Assembly (NCBI RefSeq): GCF_006345805.1
Contig: NC_043003.1
Location: forward strand, 38,068,001-38,132,000
DNA: 64,000 nucleotides
Direction of reading: 5' to 3'
Source: Octopus sinensis
Lineage: Eukaryota
Shown here piece after piece: positions 1-11,529 of the stretch. The translations under genes were made by a program, and so were the position numbers. The stretch's first letter is position 1. Each line of letters begins with the position of its first letter. The notes under the pieces were generated by a model that was not told the origin of the DNA, searched no databases, and saw nothing but the letters and a program-made list of their open reading frames with translations.

Positions 1-1
1 C

Positions 2-626
2 CTAATAGTGAAAACTCACCATGTGTTTCAGCAACCACATTGAGTCCTTATTTGGTTGGGGTACATGAAATTGGCGATAGAGAGCTTCTCTGCACTTCGA
101 AGCTTCTTGAAACTCAGTAGGGTCAGGTTCATTGAAGGACATAGTCCAGCAAGTTTCTTCTTGGATACATCCGACTTGGAGAATCCAATAACCACCTGGC
201 ATAGATTCTGGTTGACAGCCAGTAATATCCTTTTTTAGCAAAGCCACCACCCCTCGACAGACAAAAGCAGGAATTCTCCCGTTTTGCTGCCAGTTGCAGT
301 AGACGTTTGCCAACAGGCCCGCAATCAAGTCTAGCATTGAAGTGTAAAGCTCGTAGGGCAGACCATCCAAACCCGGCGATCTACCTCTCGTGCAATTCTT
401 CATCGCTTCCTCCACTTCCCAGGCAGATATAGGTCCTTCGCAGCACTCTGCCTCGCTGTCCGAGAGTTGTGGTAGGCCGTCCAGGTACACACCGAAGTCT
501 GTACCGTTGGTGTCCGTTCCACCGCTCGTCCCAAACAGTTGAGCAAAGTGCCGCTGAAACACCGCATATATCTGCTTCGGTTCGGTAACCTCTCACATTC
601 AAGCAACCGATTCTAAGTTTTGCCAT
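2..626 (-). mobile_element. Tx1/L1-clade LINE ORF2 remnant, internally deleted
   Basis: Endonuclease start MAKLRIGCLNVRG (626) lies only ~60 bp from the pre-RT/RT N-terminal stretch EEAMKNCTRGRSPGLDGLPYELY...CRGVVALLKK (ORF 2..562). Confidence 0.75.
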
Positions 627-1549
627 GTTTCAAAGGTGACAAAAAAAATAAAAGGAGAAAAAGGCTCTACTTACTGTTGTTGGTGGTGAGCGTGGCTCCC
701 TTGTGCAGGAAGAGGAGGAAAATTTTCGAAGACGTCACAAATGACGTCTTTGTTTACAGTCTTATTTGGAACATTGCACACGCTGGCACGTTCCTTCGAA
801 ACACCTTCTTTGCCTTTTAAGGCACGAAATGGGCGGTTTGGAGCCGTCAACGAAACTTTTTTGTGTAGTGGGGGTGAAACTTGAAGAAGAGAACAGCCAG
901 TTCTCTTCGAAGCCATATTTAAAAATTTTAAATGAAAATTTATGGAAAATCAAATTTTAAAACGTAATTTTACCCCCAATGGGGTAAAATTTTGCCTAGC
1001 CAACTAGCTCCGCAAGAAGTTAGTCGGCTTGGCCACACAAATATCCAAAAATATATACAATTTCAATCAATTTTTCAACAGAAATGGTGCAAAACTTACT
1101 CAGCTTCTGGAGACACGTCCGTCCACTTTGAAAGCAATAATAATAATAATAAAGCGGCCAGCAAGCATAACCAAAATAGGTAAAATATATATATAAATTG
1201 ATGTTTTCATGTTCGGGATCTCTACTTGAAGTGGCATTTTCTCCCCATTGAACTGGTGTCAAAACTATATATCTTTAGGATATATATATACTACAAAGTA
1301 AAGTACATATATCTTAGTATCAGTTGATTTCACCTTTTGTGCTAAAAGCACTGAGGACCATCAGCTAAGCTAACTGTATAAATTCTTTGCACCTTTCCTG
1401 TCAAGCAAAACCTACATTTATTGGACCATTCATGTATGGCTTCAACTTTTCTGTTTTCGATCTAGTAATATGTGGAATATTGTTTGTTTTCAGTGCTCAA
1501 ATGTGCCTTGCCAACTTTGTAGCTTTACTTTTCTCACTATGGCAGAAGA

Positions 1550-2735
1550 ATGCCATATAATTGGTATACCGTTTTTTAAAATTCCTTTTGCATAGTCCAA
1601 TGTAGGTTTCCTTTTCAGTTAAATCGCTGTTACTAATGTTTGCCAAGACCTCTGCCTAGTATACAATAGACTTAGTTGAACACTGTTGGTCTAGTGGACA
1701 GGATTCTGTATTATGGCAATTACAGCCTGTGTTTGCCTCTTGCTGGCTCCTGTGGCTGATAATATATTTCATGTTAGGGCAGCAGCTGTATGATAATTTA
1801 ACAGAATGATAATTTAACAGAATTTCTGTAAAATATCTTCCTGTATCTATGTCCTACAAGAAAGGGCTTATCTAAGAGTGTCAGGAATTTTTTAGTGATA
1901 TTTGATTTTACGCTTAAAGAAAAAGGATGGGTGAACCAAATAATTTTTCTGGATCTGTTTTTAGAATATTTTTTATGGTGTTGCACTTTATCATGGACTT
2001 CACCATGCCCATTACTATTATTATAGGTAGAAGACATATACACTAATTTTTCATTGAAACCACTATTGGCTAACACTCTTATAATATGAAGTAGCCCTCT
2101 CAAAAATTTCCTTAGACGATGGGAGATTAGACGTTCACTTGCTAATATTTGCCACTACATTTTTAATTATGCTGGGAGGGTGGCAGGATTGCCCATCTAT
2201 ATATGTTAATTTCTCATTAATTTCATGGTACAGTCTATATGAAGAGGTATTTAGATGTAATGAAACATCTAAATACTCAACTGCTGAAAACTTCGTAACA
2301 ATGTTATTTTCAACTGTAACTGGCTGAATGTAGAGATAAGCTGTTTTCTAAACTTATCAAGCATATGTCCATTACATCCATGAAAAACAATCAAGCCATT
2401 GTCATGGTACAAACCAGCATCATGAGATGGGTATCTATTCTTCAATATGTGTAATATATATAGACTGACCAGATCACAAACATCTGTGCTGTCGTATGAC
2501 CCCATTGAGACGTCAAACAATTTGTCACCATCTGTTTTTTTTTTTACCCAAGTTTCTCCTTTACTAAACAATAAAATTTTTCTGGCATGTCTAATAACAT
2601 CCAATTCAATGGTCTCCATATCAATGAATGATTTAACAAATTGGATGTCCTTATCTAGCAACAAACTAGAAATCAAGGGGTAAAAATCAACAATATCGAA
2701 TTGGGTAAATTTAGCTATATCCTTATTACTAATCC
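1550..2735 (-). mobile_element. Penelope-like element remnant (RT + GIY-YIG), degenerate
   Basis: ORF 2269..2754 has FDIVDFYP...LFDVSMGSYDSTDVCDLVSLYIL...GLYHDNGL (PLE RT). ORF 1798..2103 has IIWFTHPFS...KIFYRNSVKLSF. Downstream CPLDQQC..SIVY / YIGL motifs lie at ~1580-1720. Confidence 0.8.
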
Positions 2736-5350
2736 TACTGAACCAGTTGACCACTGTGAAACTATTATACCACTTATATGTGTAGCCCAGCTTATGTTGT
2801 TGTTGTTCACAGTTACTCCCAAGTCTCTGATGTTAGATGCCATGAGAATTTCACCAGGAGGAAGGGAATATGGGAGTTTCAGAGCATCCTCCCTTCCAAA
2901 GTGGATCAGCTCGAATTTATTTTCGTTTAGCAACATGTTGTTCTTTTCCACCCATTGGATAACAGCCAGTAGGTCTGACTGGAGGCTTATCTGGAGCTTG
3001 GAATCATCAGCGAAGATTCTGATGTTACTGTGTTTGATGGTATCAGTAATGTCATTAATGTTCCTTGAGGACATTACTCAGATCACTGACAGTGGCTCAT
3101 GGGTGGATGTTGTCTACCTTGACTTTGCTAAGGCTTTCAACTCTGTGCCACACAAAAGGCTTATGGTGAAACTCTCTGCAATGGGTGTGGGGGATGACCT
3201 TTTTAACTGGTTGAAATCCTTCATCCTCAGCCGAAAGGAGGTAGTCACAGTTCTAGGACAGCACTCTACACCATATGAGATGTCATCGGGTGTACCACAG
3301 GGATCTGTCTTTGGTCCCCTCCTGTTTGTGGCATACATTAATGACATAGATGCCAATTTAAAGAATGCCACAGTATTGAAATATGCAGACGACATCAAGC
3401 TGTACCTTGAAATAAGAGGACTGATCCTGATGTCTACAACTCTTTCCTGCAATCAGACCTAGACACAATGCAGCAATGGATCACAGACTGGCAACTGAAA
3501 CTGGCTGTGGACAAGTGTACCACCATGCATTTTGGGAGAAAAAACCCTGCGTCCACATACTCCCTCCACAACACTGATATCAAGAAATCCTCTTGCGAGC
3601 GTGACCTAGGCATCACTGTCAGCAGTGATTTGCGTTGGACAAAGCATATCTCTAAAGTTGTCAAGAAGGCCGAGGGTGTCTTGGCATCACTCAGCAAGAC
3701 TTTTGTTAGCCGCTCTCCAGCCATCTATTTAAAACTGTATACAGCTATGGTACGACCACACTTGGAATTCGCATCATCAGTTTGGAATCCCTATCTTGCT
3801 CAGAACATTGACCTCCTGGAATCTGTCCAGAGACGTGCAACCAAACGCATACCCTCCATCAGACACCTACCATATTCTGAGCGCCTTGTTTCCCTGGGCA
3901 TGGATTCACTGAAGCTCCGGTGTCTGGCGATGGACTTGGTAAACACCCACAAGGTTATCAACCACCTCACCAACAACAACACTGAACACCTTTTTGATCT
4001 CCATGTGTCTAACACACGTGGACATGCCTACAAAGTCAGAAAACAACACAGCTCCCATGACTTTCGGAAACATTTTTTCAAGCTCAGAGTTGCTGAAGCA
4101 TGGAATAAACTGCCTGCGTCAGTTGTTGACTGCCATGACACTGCATCCTTTAAGGCCCTCATGCTTTCCGAAATCCGCCGAAACTACACCTGATTATATA
4201 TACACTTTAGATGAGTTGTAGTGCACCTGAGCACTGTACACAATTATTATTATTATTATTAATATAGATGATGAGAAGTGGGCCCAACACAGTGCCTTGT
4301 GGGCCACCTCTACTGTCTTTGGCTGGGCTGGATTTGACTCCTTCGACTACACGTTGAGTTCTGTTTGACAGGAAGCACTTGATCCAATGCAGCAGCTTTC
4401 CAGTGACACCAATATTGGACAGCTTTCTCAAAAAGATCTTATTTTCAACCCTGTCAAAGGCCTTGCTGAAATCAAAGTAGATAACATCAGTGTTGGAACC
4501 CTCTCCCAAGGCTCTCAAAATGTCATCAAAATGATGTAGTAGCTGCGTCAGGCAATCCCTTCCATTACGGAATCCATGCTGGTTTGAGTTCAGCATATTA
4601 TTACTCTCAAGGAAGTGAGTCATTCGTGATCCCACTACTCTCTCAAATACCTTAATGATATGAGAGGTGAGTGAAATTGGATGGTAATTCACGGCAAGGG
4701 ATTTGTTTCCTTTTTTTGAAAACTGGGACAACAGACTGGGATAGAAGGTTTTCTGGTATATATCCAGCATCCAGTGAGTTCCGCCACAGATTGGCTAGAG
4801 GGGATGCAAGTTGGTGTTGAAACACCTACAAGACACAAGCAGGAAACCTATCAGGACCTACTGCTGAATTATGCTTGATTTCCTTTATTGCTGCTAAGAC
4901 ATCAGGGACACCAAAGGTTATGTCTGATAAGGTGTATTGGGAAGTAACATCACTGATACAGCCCAGATCAACCATATCAGGATTGCAGAAAACAGAGCAG
5001 TATTGTTTCTGCAGCATCTCTCCCATGGTTTTAGCATTGTCTTGAAGAGTACCATTTTCATTAATCAGAGGGCCAACAGTAGAGCCAGTGACTTTGTGTT
5101 TTTTTGCAAATGAAAAGAACGCTTTGGGATTAAGTTTGATTTTCTCAATGGCCCAGGCCTCTTCGGCTCTTCTCTGACTATTGATGATAGACATCATGTT
5201 GTTTTGGAGGTTATGTTTTTTAATCTCTAGTGATGTGATGGCAGTCAGGTTGGTGTGTTGCTGTTGACAGTATTTCAGCTTGTTGATTTTTTTGTTAGTT
5301 CTTTCAATTTTCCTGATGAGTGTTTTTCTATTTCTAAGGATTCTGCACTT
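2735..5350 (-). mobile_element. CR1/L2-type LINE RT remnant, split by a younger insertion
   Basis: AVGPDRFPA, YHPISLTSHIIKVFER, QHGFR, DFSKAFDRV and GPQGTVLGPLLIIYIN (4260-5200) continue as DITDTIKHSNIRIFADDSKL at 3060-2735. Confidence 0.85.
3061..4260 (+). mobile_element. 5'-truncated CR1-type LINE (RT C-terminal half + 3' tail)
   Basis: YLDFAKAFNSVPH, GVPQGSVFGPLLF, KYADDIKL, LYTAMVRPHLEF, TRGHAYK and AWNKLP motifs with one frameshift near 3430-3465. Ends in a short 3' UTR and an (ATT)n tail at 4243-4260. Confidence 0.92.
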
Positions 5351-5544
5351 TGATTTGTTTACAGATCAACTATATCAGAATTGCAGAAAACAGAGCAATA
5401 TTGTTTCTGCAGCATTTCTCCCATGGTTTTGGCATTGTCTTGAAGAATGCCATTTTCATCAATCAGAGGGCCAACAGTAGAGCCAGTAACTTTGTGACTA
5501 TGTATGTATGTATGTATGTATGTGTGTGTGTGTGTGTGTGTGTA

Positions 5545-5590
<46 letters not shown>

Positions 5591-6856
5591 AATATGTGTG
5601 TGTGTGTGTGTGTGTTAGTTAATTTTTGGCTCAAAAAGCAAGACCATGTAGGGGGACATGGAGTTATGTACAGGGTGGTGTTCATGTAAAGAGTTCAGGC
5701 CACTTGTGGTCAAGGGAGACTTTGAACCGAGCGGTCGGCATCTTCACCATCTTGTCCGGCAGCTTTCGAAGAAATGAGGTACTCAGAAAATCGGATGGTT
5801 CATATTTACAGCTATTTATTTGTATATTACATTTTTTATACATCATATAACTTAGATCATGTATTAGCGCTTTCTCCCATTCTAGTGGGGTTTTCAAATC
5901 AAACTAAGTTCCTGTGTGAAAAGTTATGACCATTTTATAGTGGTATTGAGTTTGTAGGGGTGGGGAGGAATATAAGACAGTACAAGAGGGTGATGGATGA
6001 GGAGAAAGTGAGAGAGAGAGTGTGTGTGTGTGTGTTTTTGTATTTGGAATGAGTGCTAAAGAAACAGAGGGAAGGGAGAGGGAAGAAGAAAAAAAGAATT
6101 AAAAAAATTTTTTGCTCTGCTGGACTCCAAGGGGGGTCTAAGATCTTGGGGGAAAAGAATTTCAGTTTTGACCATTTCATAGTGTTATTGAGTGTGGTGA
6201 CAGGGAGGTAGACCATAAATTATATTTCTTTTTATTGTGAGAGAGTGTGTGTGTGTGTGTGTTTTTAATGAGGTATGGTCAAATGGTTTTTTGGGTTTAG
6301 AGAAGAGGAATTCTTTTTATGATTGTTTTGTGGAGATGTGTGTGTGTGGGTGTCTGAGTTTGGAGAAGGGAAGAGAGGAGGAAAAAGAAAAAAAAGGAGG
6401 AGGAAGAAGAAGAAATATTTGTGCTGATATTTATACCACTATATATATATATACATACATATACATAAAATATTAGAAAGAAAACACCTTTTATCAATTC
6501 AAAATGAACAATTAAATTACACCATCTAGAAAATTGCATATCATAGAAAAGTTAAAATTAAAATGACAATTAAAAAGTTTAGATTAAGTGAATTACAAAA
6601 ATAATATAATGTATATAATAGGTAATATATATATATACACATATACTAAGTGCTCCACTATATTAAATTGTAAATTGAAAGATTTGTCCTTCAATGTATG
6701 ATGAGTAAAATTTCATAAAGTTCATACTCGAAAAAAAGAGACTCTCCTGTGTTGAAGTTACAAATGACAGAATACAAACCGACAACTACTGAGTCTGTTG
6801 TCTGATCTTCAACTGATTTAGTCTAATATCTCACTGATTAAATAGATATTAAGTTT

Positions 6857-7077
6857 TGTAGTATGAACGGTGAAAAGAGTACAACAGAAAAAGGAAGAAT
6901 GGAGATGAACTTGGATTGCTTTTAGCCAACTCGCTCGTCTCATTCCTTCGTCGTGTCTGTGGCCACTGCTCAATGCCGCACGTGTGTTCTGCCTGTCACT
7001 TCCGCTTCCGCCGGCGCATGCGCCCTGCAAGCCCCCACTTCCGCTCTCCCCCATCCGTCACACTCCTTCACCATCAC
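6857..7077 (-). repeat. 3' LTR of Gypsy element
   Basis: Starts tgtagtatgaacggtgaaaagag, identical to 10805. Lacks a 26-bp segment present in the other LTR. Confidence 0.9.
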
Positions 7078-7346
7078 CCCCCCCCCTGATCTATAGATCA
7101 CTGAACCGGCTTCCTCACTCGCTCCCGCACCTGAAACTGGTTTCATAATCAGCCAACCAGGGAGGAGGGTGCCGCTCCCTCTGTGGTCGCAGTGCGACCC
7201 TAGGACTTGTTCCTGGTGTGTTGCTGCCGACCTCGTCATCCTGTCTGTTGTTTTCGTCTTGCCCACTGCTGCTTGTCCCATCCTCTGGGGCATGGACAAT
7301 CCTCCGTATGTCCAAAACGTGGCGTGGCATACCATCGACCGAGATG

Positions 7347-10076
7347 TTATTCTTTGAATTTACGGAGGTTATTGTCCCCTTTCCCCATTGCGATGTACAC
7401 CGTGCGTTTGGGGGGTTTTACCCAGACTTCCTCCCCGACCTGCACGAAGGCGTGCTCTTCCTCTGCCCTGGGTCGCATTGATGTAGTGCACGGATGTCTC
7501 CACTCGTACCTGAATATTGCCCTGTGTGGCACCGACTCCTCAGCCTGTCCTGATCTGGGCGAGATATTGTACCAAAACACGGCCTCGACTGGTGAAATGT
7601 GACCCCTCTCTGCCATGGCCTTGATGGTACGATGATGCCTTTCCACCACCCCGTTTCCACTTGGCCGGTATGCCGCCCTGAAGAAGCGGTTGACCTTCCA
7701 CTCATCAAGCATTTCTCTCACCACATCCGAGCGAAATGCAGTGCCGTTGTCCAGAAGCAGTTCATCCACGGGGCCTCGTTCCAGGAATATCTCATTCAAC
7801 ACTTTCACAATTTCTTCTGCGGTTCCCGACTTCATCTCCCTCCATATGGCGAACCGCCCCGGTCTGCAGTCAACCATTGAGAGGTATGTCCCCTGCCGGT
7901 AGTGTGTTATGTCCACCGCCAGTCGTCTCCAGTTCTGGTCCACTGGAATACTTCCCGCTTCATGCACGACCGGAGCAGGGTCGATGGACTGGCACCTGTC
8001 ACAACTGCTAACCACTCTCTGCACACTCTGTCTTATTACGTTGGAGTCAACTTTTCTGGCTGGGAACAATGTCCTGTCCACACCCATGTGATGCATGGTG
8101 TGCAGTCTCCGTAACTCCGAGTCGCTCAGACGGCACACTGCAGCTACATCCAGCTTCGCATCCTCTGGCACCTGCAACCAGGCTCGCTTTACCCTGGTCA
8201 GGACGTCTGCCCTGTTCTTCTCGGAAGGCATAAAGATCACGCTCAGCTTCAGATTGAACTCAGTGGTTAGTTCACGCAGTATTCCTAATCGACGCTTTAC
8301 CAGCATCTCTGCAGCCCCTTTGGTCCACACCCTCCGCTCATCGGTGATGACTGCTGTCGCCCAACCAAGTACAGTGGCCGAATCAGTCCTGATTTCTATG
8401 GTGTGCAACCCCCACTTCAAGGCTAGGTTCACCCCCTTCAGCACGGCATCCAACTCCGCCACGTTGATATGATTGCAGTCATCCATCTTCCTGAACCAGG
8501 CCTCATCTTCCACCATGACACCTCCCACTTCCAAGACAACCCCTATTGTGATGCTACTGGCGTCACACCATACGATCCCGCTCTTTGATTTGGGAACATA
8601 CCAGCTGCCCCTCACTGGGTCCTCTGCTCCTACTCTGACCAAGACTTCCTGCATCATGTCGATTGTCCTCTCCCCCACTTTATCATTCCACTTCACTCCT
8701 TCGGCTCGTCTCTTGATGAAGCTACATACTGTCCGGAGCCAGCCTGCAATCGGGTAGTGTCCCACCAGCTTCCCACACACAGAGAACAGTTCCCGTCTAC
8801 TCATGCTGGCGCCCAGTTCAGGGACCTCATTCCCTCGCCGGAACACCAAGGCTCCGGCCTTGTCTCTCCATAGCTTGAGGCCCAGTGCAGCACCTCCCTC
8901 CATAGCCTCTGGCGGCTTGGCGATCAGCCCAAAACTCTTCAGGTGGCCTATGACCTCCGTTGCTGGTATCACGGTTTCATCCACCAGAATGTCGTCGATG
9001 TATGAATTGGTGGCCCTTTTTACTCTGTCCACCTTCCCCAGGATGGCCTTGAGAATTGTTGCCATAATCTTCGGCGCTGAGTTCAGCCCGAATCCCAACC
9101 TGGTCAGACAGACCGTCCGGCCCCTATACCTGACGAGCTGGTACTTCCATAGTTTCTCAGCCACATGCACCTGTATGTATGCCGACTTTAAATCGACAAT
9201 CATGGAGGCCCCCGTCGTCTGCCTCCACTCTTGCAAGGTGTCTCCGCAGACATCTGTGGCCTCGCCGCCTGTATGACACGACACGTGGTCATTCAGCTCT
9301 CGGAAGTCGAGCACTGGCCTGACCTTACGCTTTGTGGGCTGTATCACCGCCATCAGTAGCAGGACTCCGCTCTCTTCTTTTTCCCAGGGGATCAGTATGC
9401 CCTCCTTAATCCATCGCTCCACCTCCCCCTCGAACTCACTTCTGGCATCTCCTTTTAGAGTATGCTGATAGCAGCCCACTTTATTCTTTAACATCGGGGG
9501 CTCTCCCTTCCAGTGCCACTCCACTGTCCACCTCTTGCCATCAAAGACAGCCCGAAAATCCTGGTCTTCAATGGTGTGCGCCGCATCCTTTTCCTCATGG
9601 TTGTCGTCGGTGCACGGTCTCGCCCTACACGGTTTCCCCGCTAACCCAAACGTTACGCCAGCCTCGTTGACGGTGACACCTCCCAAACGGGTGATTGCAT
9701 CCATCCCCATCACCACGTCAATCTCGTCCACCAAGTGACCAACCACAATTGCTCGCAACGTCAGCTGTAGTCCTTGCACCACAATCTGCGCATCCGTAAC
9801 CCCTTCGCAGTGAACTTCTCTTCCGTCAACTGCCCTAACACTGCTTCCTCCACTCCACGTCTCTGCCACTTCTGTGGTCATCAGGGTCGTTGTACAGCCC
9901 GTGTCCACCAGGGCTCGCGACATCTTCCCCTTCACCAGAATGTCGACCACAGGTAGCGATGATAAACGCGCCGCTACTAATCCAAAGGGACAACTACCAG
10001 CGCAGTAGTCTCCCGCGGTCTGTTTCCCTGCAGACACTCGCTGGCTACATGCCCTGGCTCTCGACACCGGTAGCAA
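7347..10076 (-). CDS. pol: Gypsy Pol (protease-RT-RNaseH-integrase), probably expressed by -1 frameshift
   Basis: 909-aa open frame: LVDTGC (PR), VLDFRELN / LGFGLNSAP / YIDDIL (RT), WCDAS / INVAEL / TDS (RH), HHMG..CDRC, AVD, LLDNG and SGNGVVERHHRTIK (IN). Confidence 0.93.
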   Translation of the reverse strand: MLPVSRARACSQRVSAGKQTAGDYCAGSCPFGLVAARLSSLPVVDILVKGKMSRALVDTGCTTTLMTTEVAETWSGGSSVRAVDGREVHCEGVTDAQIVVQGLQLTLRAIVVGHLVDEIDVVMGMDAITRLGGVTVNEAGVTFGLAGKPCRARPCTDDNHEEKDAAHTIEDQDFRAVFDGKRWTVEWHWKGEPPMLKNKVGCYQHTLKGDARSEFEGEVERWIKEGILIPWEKEESGVLLLMAVIQPTKRKVRPVLDFRELNDHVSCHTGGEATDVCGDTLQEWRQTTGASMIVDLKSAYIQVHVAEKLWKYQLVRYRGRTVCLTRLGFGLNSAPKIMATILKAILGKVDRVKRATNSYIDDILVDETVIPATEVIGHLKSFGLIAKPPEAMEGGAALGLKLWRDKAGALVFRRGNEVPELGASMSRRELFSVCGKLVGHYPIAGWLRTVCSFIKRRAEGVKWNDKVGERTIDMMQEVLVRVGAEDPVRGSWYVPKSKSGIVWCDASSITIGVVLEVGGVMVEDEAWFRKMDDCNHINVAELDAVLKGVNLALKWGLHTIEIRTDSATVLGWATAVITDERRVWTKGAAEMLVKRRLGILRELTTEFNLKLSVIFMPSEKNRADVLTRVKRAWLQVPEDAKLDVAAVCRLSDSELRRLHTMHHMGVDRTLFPARKVDSNVIRQSVQRVVSSCDRCQSIDPAPVVHEAGSIPVDQNWRRLAVDITHYRQGTYLSMVDCRPGRFAIWREMKSGTAEEIVKVLNEIFLERGPVDELLLDNGTAFRSDVVREMLDEWKVNRFFRAAYRPSGNGVVERHHRTIKAMAERGHISPVEAVFWYNISPRSGQAEESVPHRAIFRYEWRHPCTTSMRPRAEEEHAFVQVGEEVWVKPPKRTVYIAMGKGDNNLRKFKE

Positions 10077-10732
10077 ATCACCTCAGGCTTGGGTGACACG
10101 CAGTCACGGACCATGTGTGGGTCTTGGCACCGGAAACACTGTCCTTTGAATGGTTGCACGCGTTCTTTCCTCAGCCCCTCCCCGCTGCTCCTAGCTGGGC
10201 CACTTTTCGACGTTACAGTCGCTGCTACCGACGTCATCCTGCTGCACGAAACCAGTACACGTGCCCGCAATATGATATCGGCCATCGGCATCGAACGCAC
10301 GTTCGGGAGCTTCTGTAGCTCGACCGACATGATGTCGGGAAAGCCGGTCACAAACGCTAACCTAACCGTCCGTTCTAGCGACTCTCCCTCATAACCCGCC
10401 AGTTTAGCCAATCTTCTAAGCTCATTGGCGAACACGTCCACCTGTTGCCCAGTCCATCTCATTCTACCCAGCCGAGCGTACACTTCAAACATTCCTTCCG
10501 CAAAGGCCTCCATAAGTTGGATTTCCACTTTTTCTGCGCTGAGTTGGTCCGTCTCCTCCATCTCTAAATATAACGCCAACGCTGGGCCATCCAAATACAA
10601 TGGCATGAAACTCGCTAGGTCAGCTATACCGTGGAGCTTCGCCACCAACTTCACTCTCTTCAACCAAGCGACCACATCAGTGTCGCCGCAAAACGGTGTT
10701 ATAGGCTCGCGTGAAACCAGAGCACTCTGCAT
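9977..10732 (-). CDS. gag: Gypsy Gag with two zinc knuckles
   Basis: 251-aa ORF with CFRCQDPHMVRDC and CYRCREPGHVASEC. Confidence 0.88.
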   Translation of the reverse strand: MQSALVSREPITPFCGDTDVVAWLKRVKLVAKLHGIADLASFMPLYLDGPALALYLEMEETDQLSAEKVEIQLMEAFAEGMFEVYARLGRMRWTGQQVDVFANELRRLAKLAGYEGESLERTVRLAFVTGFPDIMSVELQKLPNVRSMPMADIILRARVLVSCSRMTSVAATVTSKSGPARSSGEGLRKERVQPFKGQCFRCQDPHMVRDCVSPKPEVICYRCREPGHVASECLQGNRPRETTALVVVPLD

Positions 10733-10804
10733 AATTTTCTATTTTTATTTTTATGAAACCGAGTGATTATTTGCTGGTCCCAGTGATTATTTGCCGAAAT
10801 AGCT

Positions 10805-11056
10805 TGTAGTATGAACGGTGAAAAGAGTACAACAGAAAAAGGAAGAATGGAATGTAATTGGGTCTTACCTCGTCGGAGATGAACTTGGATCGCTTTTAGT
10901 CAACTCGCTCGTCTCGTCCCTTTGTCGTGTCTGTGGCCACTGCTCAATGCCGCACGTGCGTTCTGCCTGTCACTTCTGCTTCCGCCGGCGCATGCGCCCT
11001 GCAAGCCCCACTTCCGCTCTCCCCCATCCGTCACACTCCTTCACCATCACACCACA
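10805..11056 (-). repeat. 5' LTR of Gypsy element
   Basis: tgtagtatgaacgg...ccatcacaccaca, bounded by TG/CA. Confidence 0.92.
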
Positions 11057-11529
11057 AGTTTTATCATACAGGAGCAACTGGTTCCACAAATCAAAGTGAA
11101 ATGGTTTCATTCAAATATTAGAATATTCTTTGTTCAATGTTGTATTTTCCAAAAAACCAAAGCATGTGTAGAACTGTGTGTGTTTAATACAGTCCATACT
11201 TGAAAAAGAGACTTTCTTGTGTTGAATTTATAAATGATAGAATACAAATTGACAACTACTGAGTCTGTTGTCTGATCTTCAATTGATTTAGTCTAATATC
11301 TCACTGATTGACAGTTAAATAAATATTAAGCTTTATCATACAGGAGCAACTGGTTCCACAAATTAAAGTGAAATGGTTTCATTCAAATATTAGAATATCC
11401 TTTGTTCAATGTTGTATTTTCCAAAAAATCAAAGCATGTGTAGAACTGTGTGTGTGTGTGTGTGTGTTTAATACAGTTTACTTAGCAAATTTGGTCCTTC
11501 ATCTGGTACAGCTTATTATAGAGATATTT

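Larger units (their letters stand above)
6857..11056 (-). mobile_element. Ty3/Gypsy LTR retrotransposon, near full length, 5-bp TSD AGTTT
   Basis: Direct LTRs at 6857-~7077 and 10805-11056 (TG...CA). AGTTT at 6852-6856 and 11057-11061. gag and pol ORFs lie between. A G-run polypurine tract sits next to the 3' LTR (~7078-7086). Confidence 0.95.

Noticed and set aside
2701-3462. 253-aa ORF as one protein
   Set aside because: The N-terminal half is antisense of the host LINE. Only 3061 onward is CR1 RT.
5360-5498. Second LINE copy
   Set aside because: It is only a ~135-bp local duplication of 4963-5098.
5760-5800. Possible hammerhead in the Penelope tail (CTGAGTA…GAAA on minus)
   Set aside because: The core deviates from CUGANGA and no stems I-III can be formed.
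7115-10766. Numerous plus-strand ORFs over the Gypsy element
   Set aside because: Antisense shadows of GC-rich gag/pol with no motifs.
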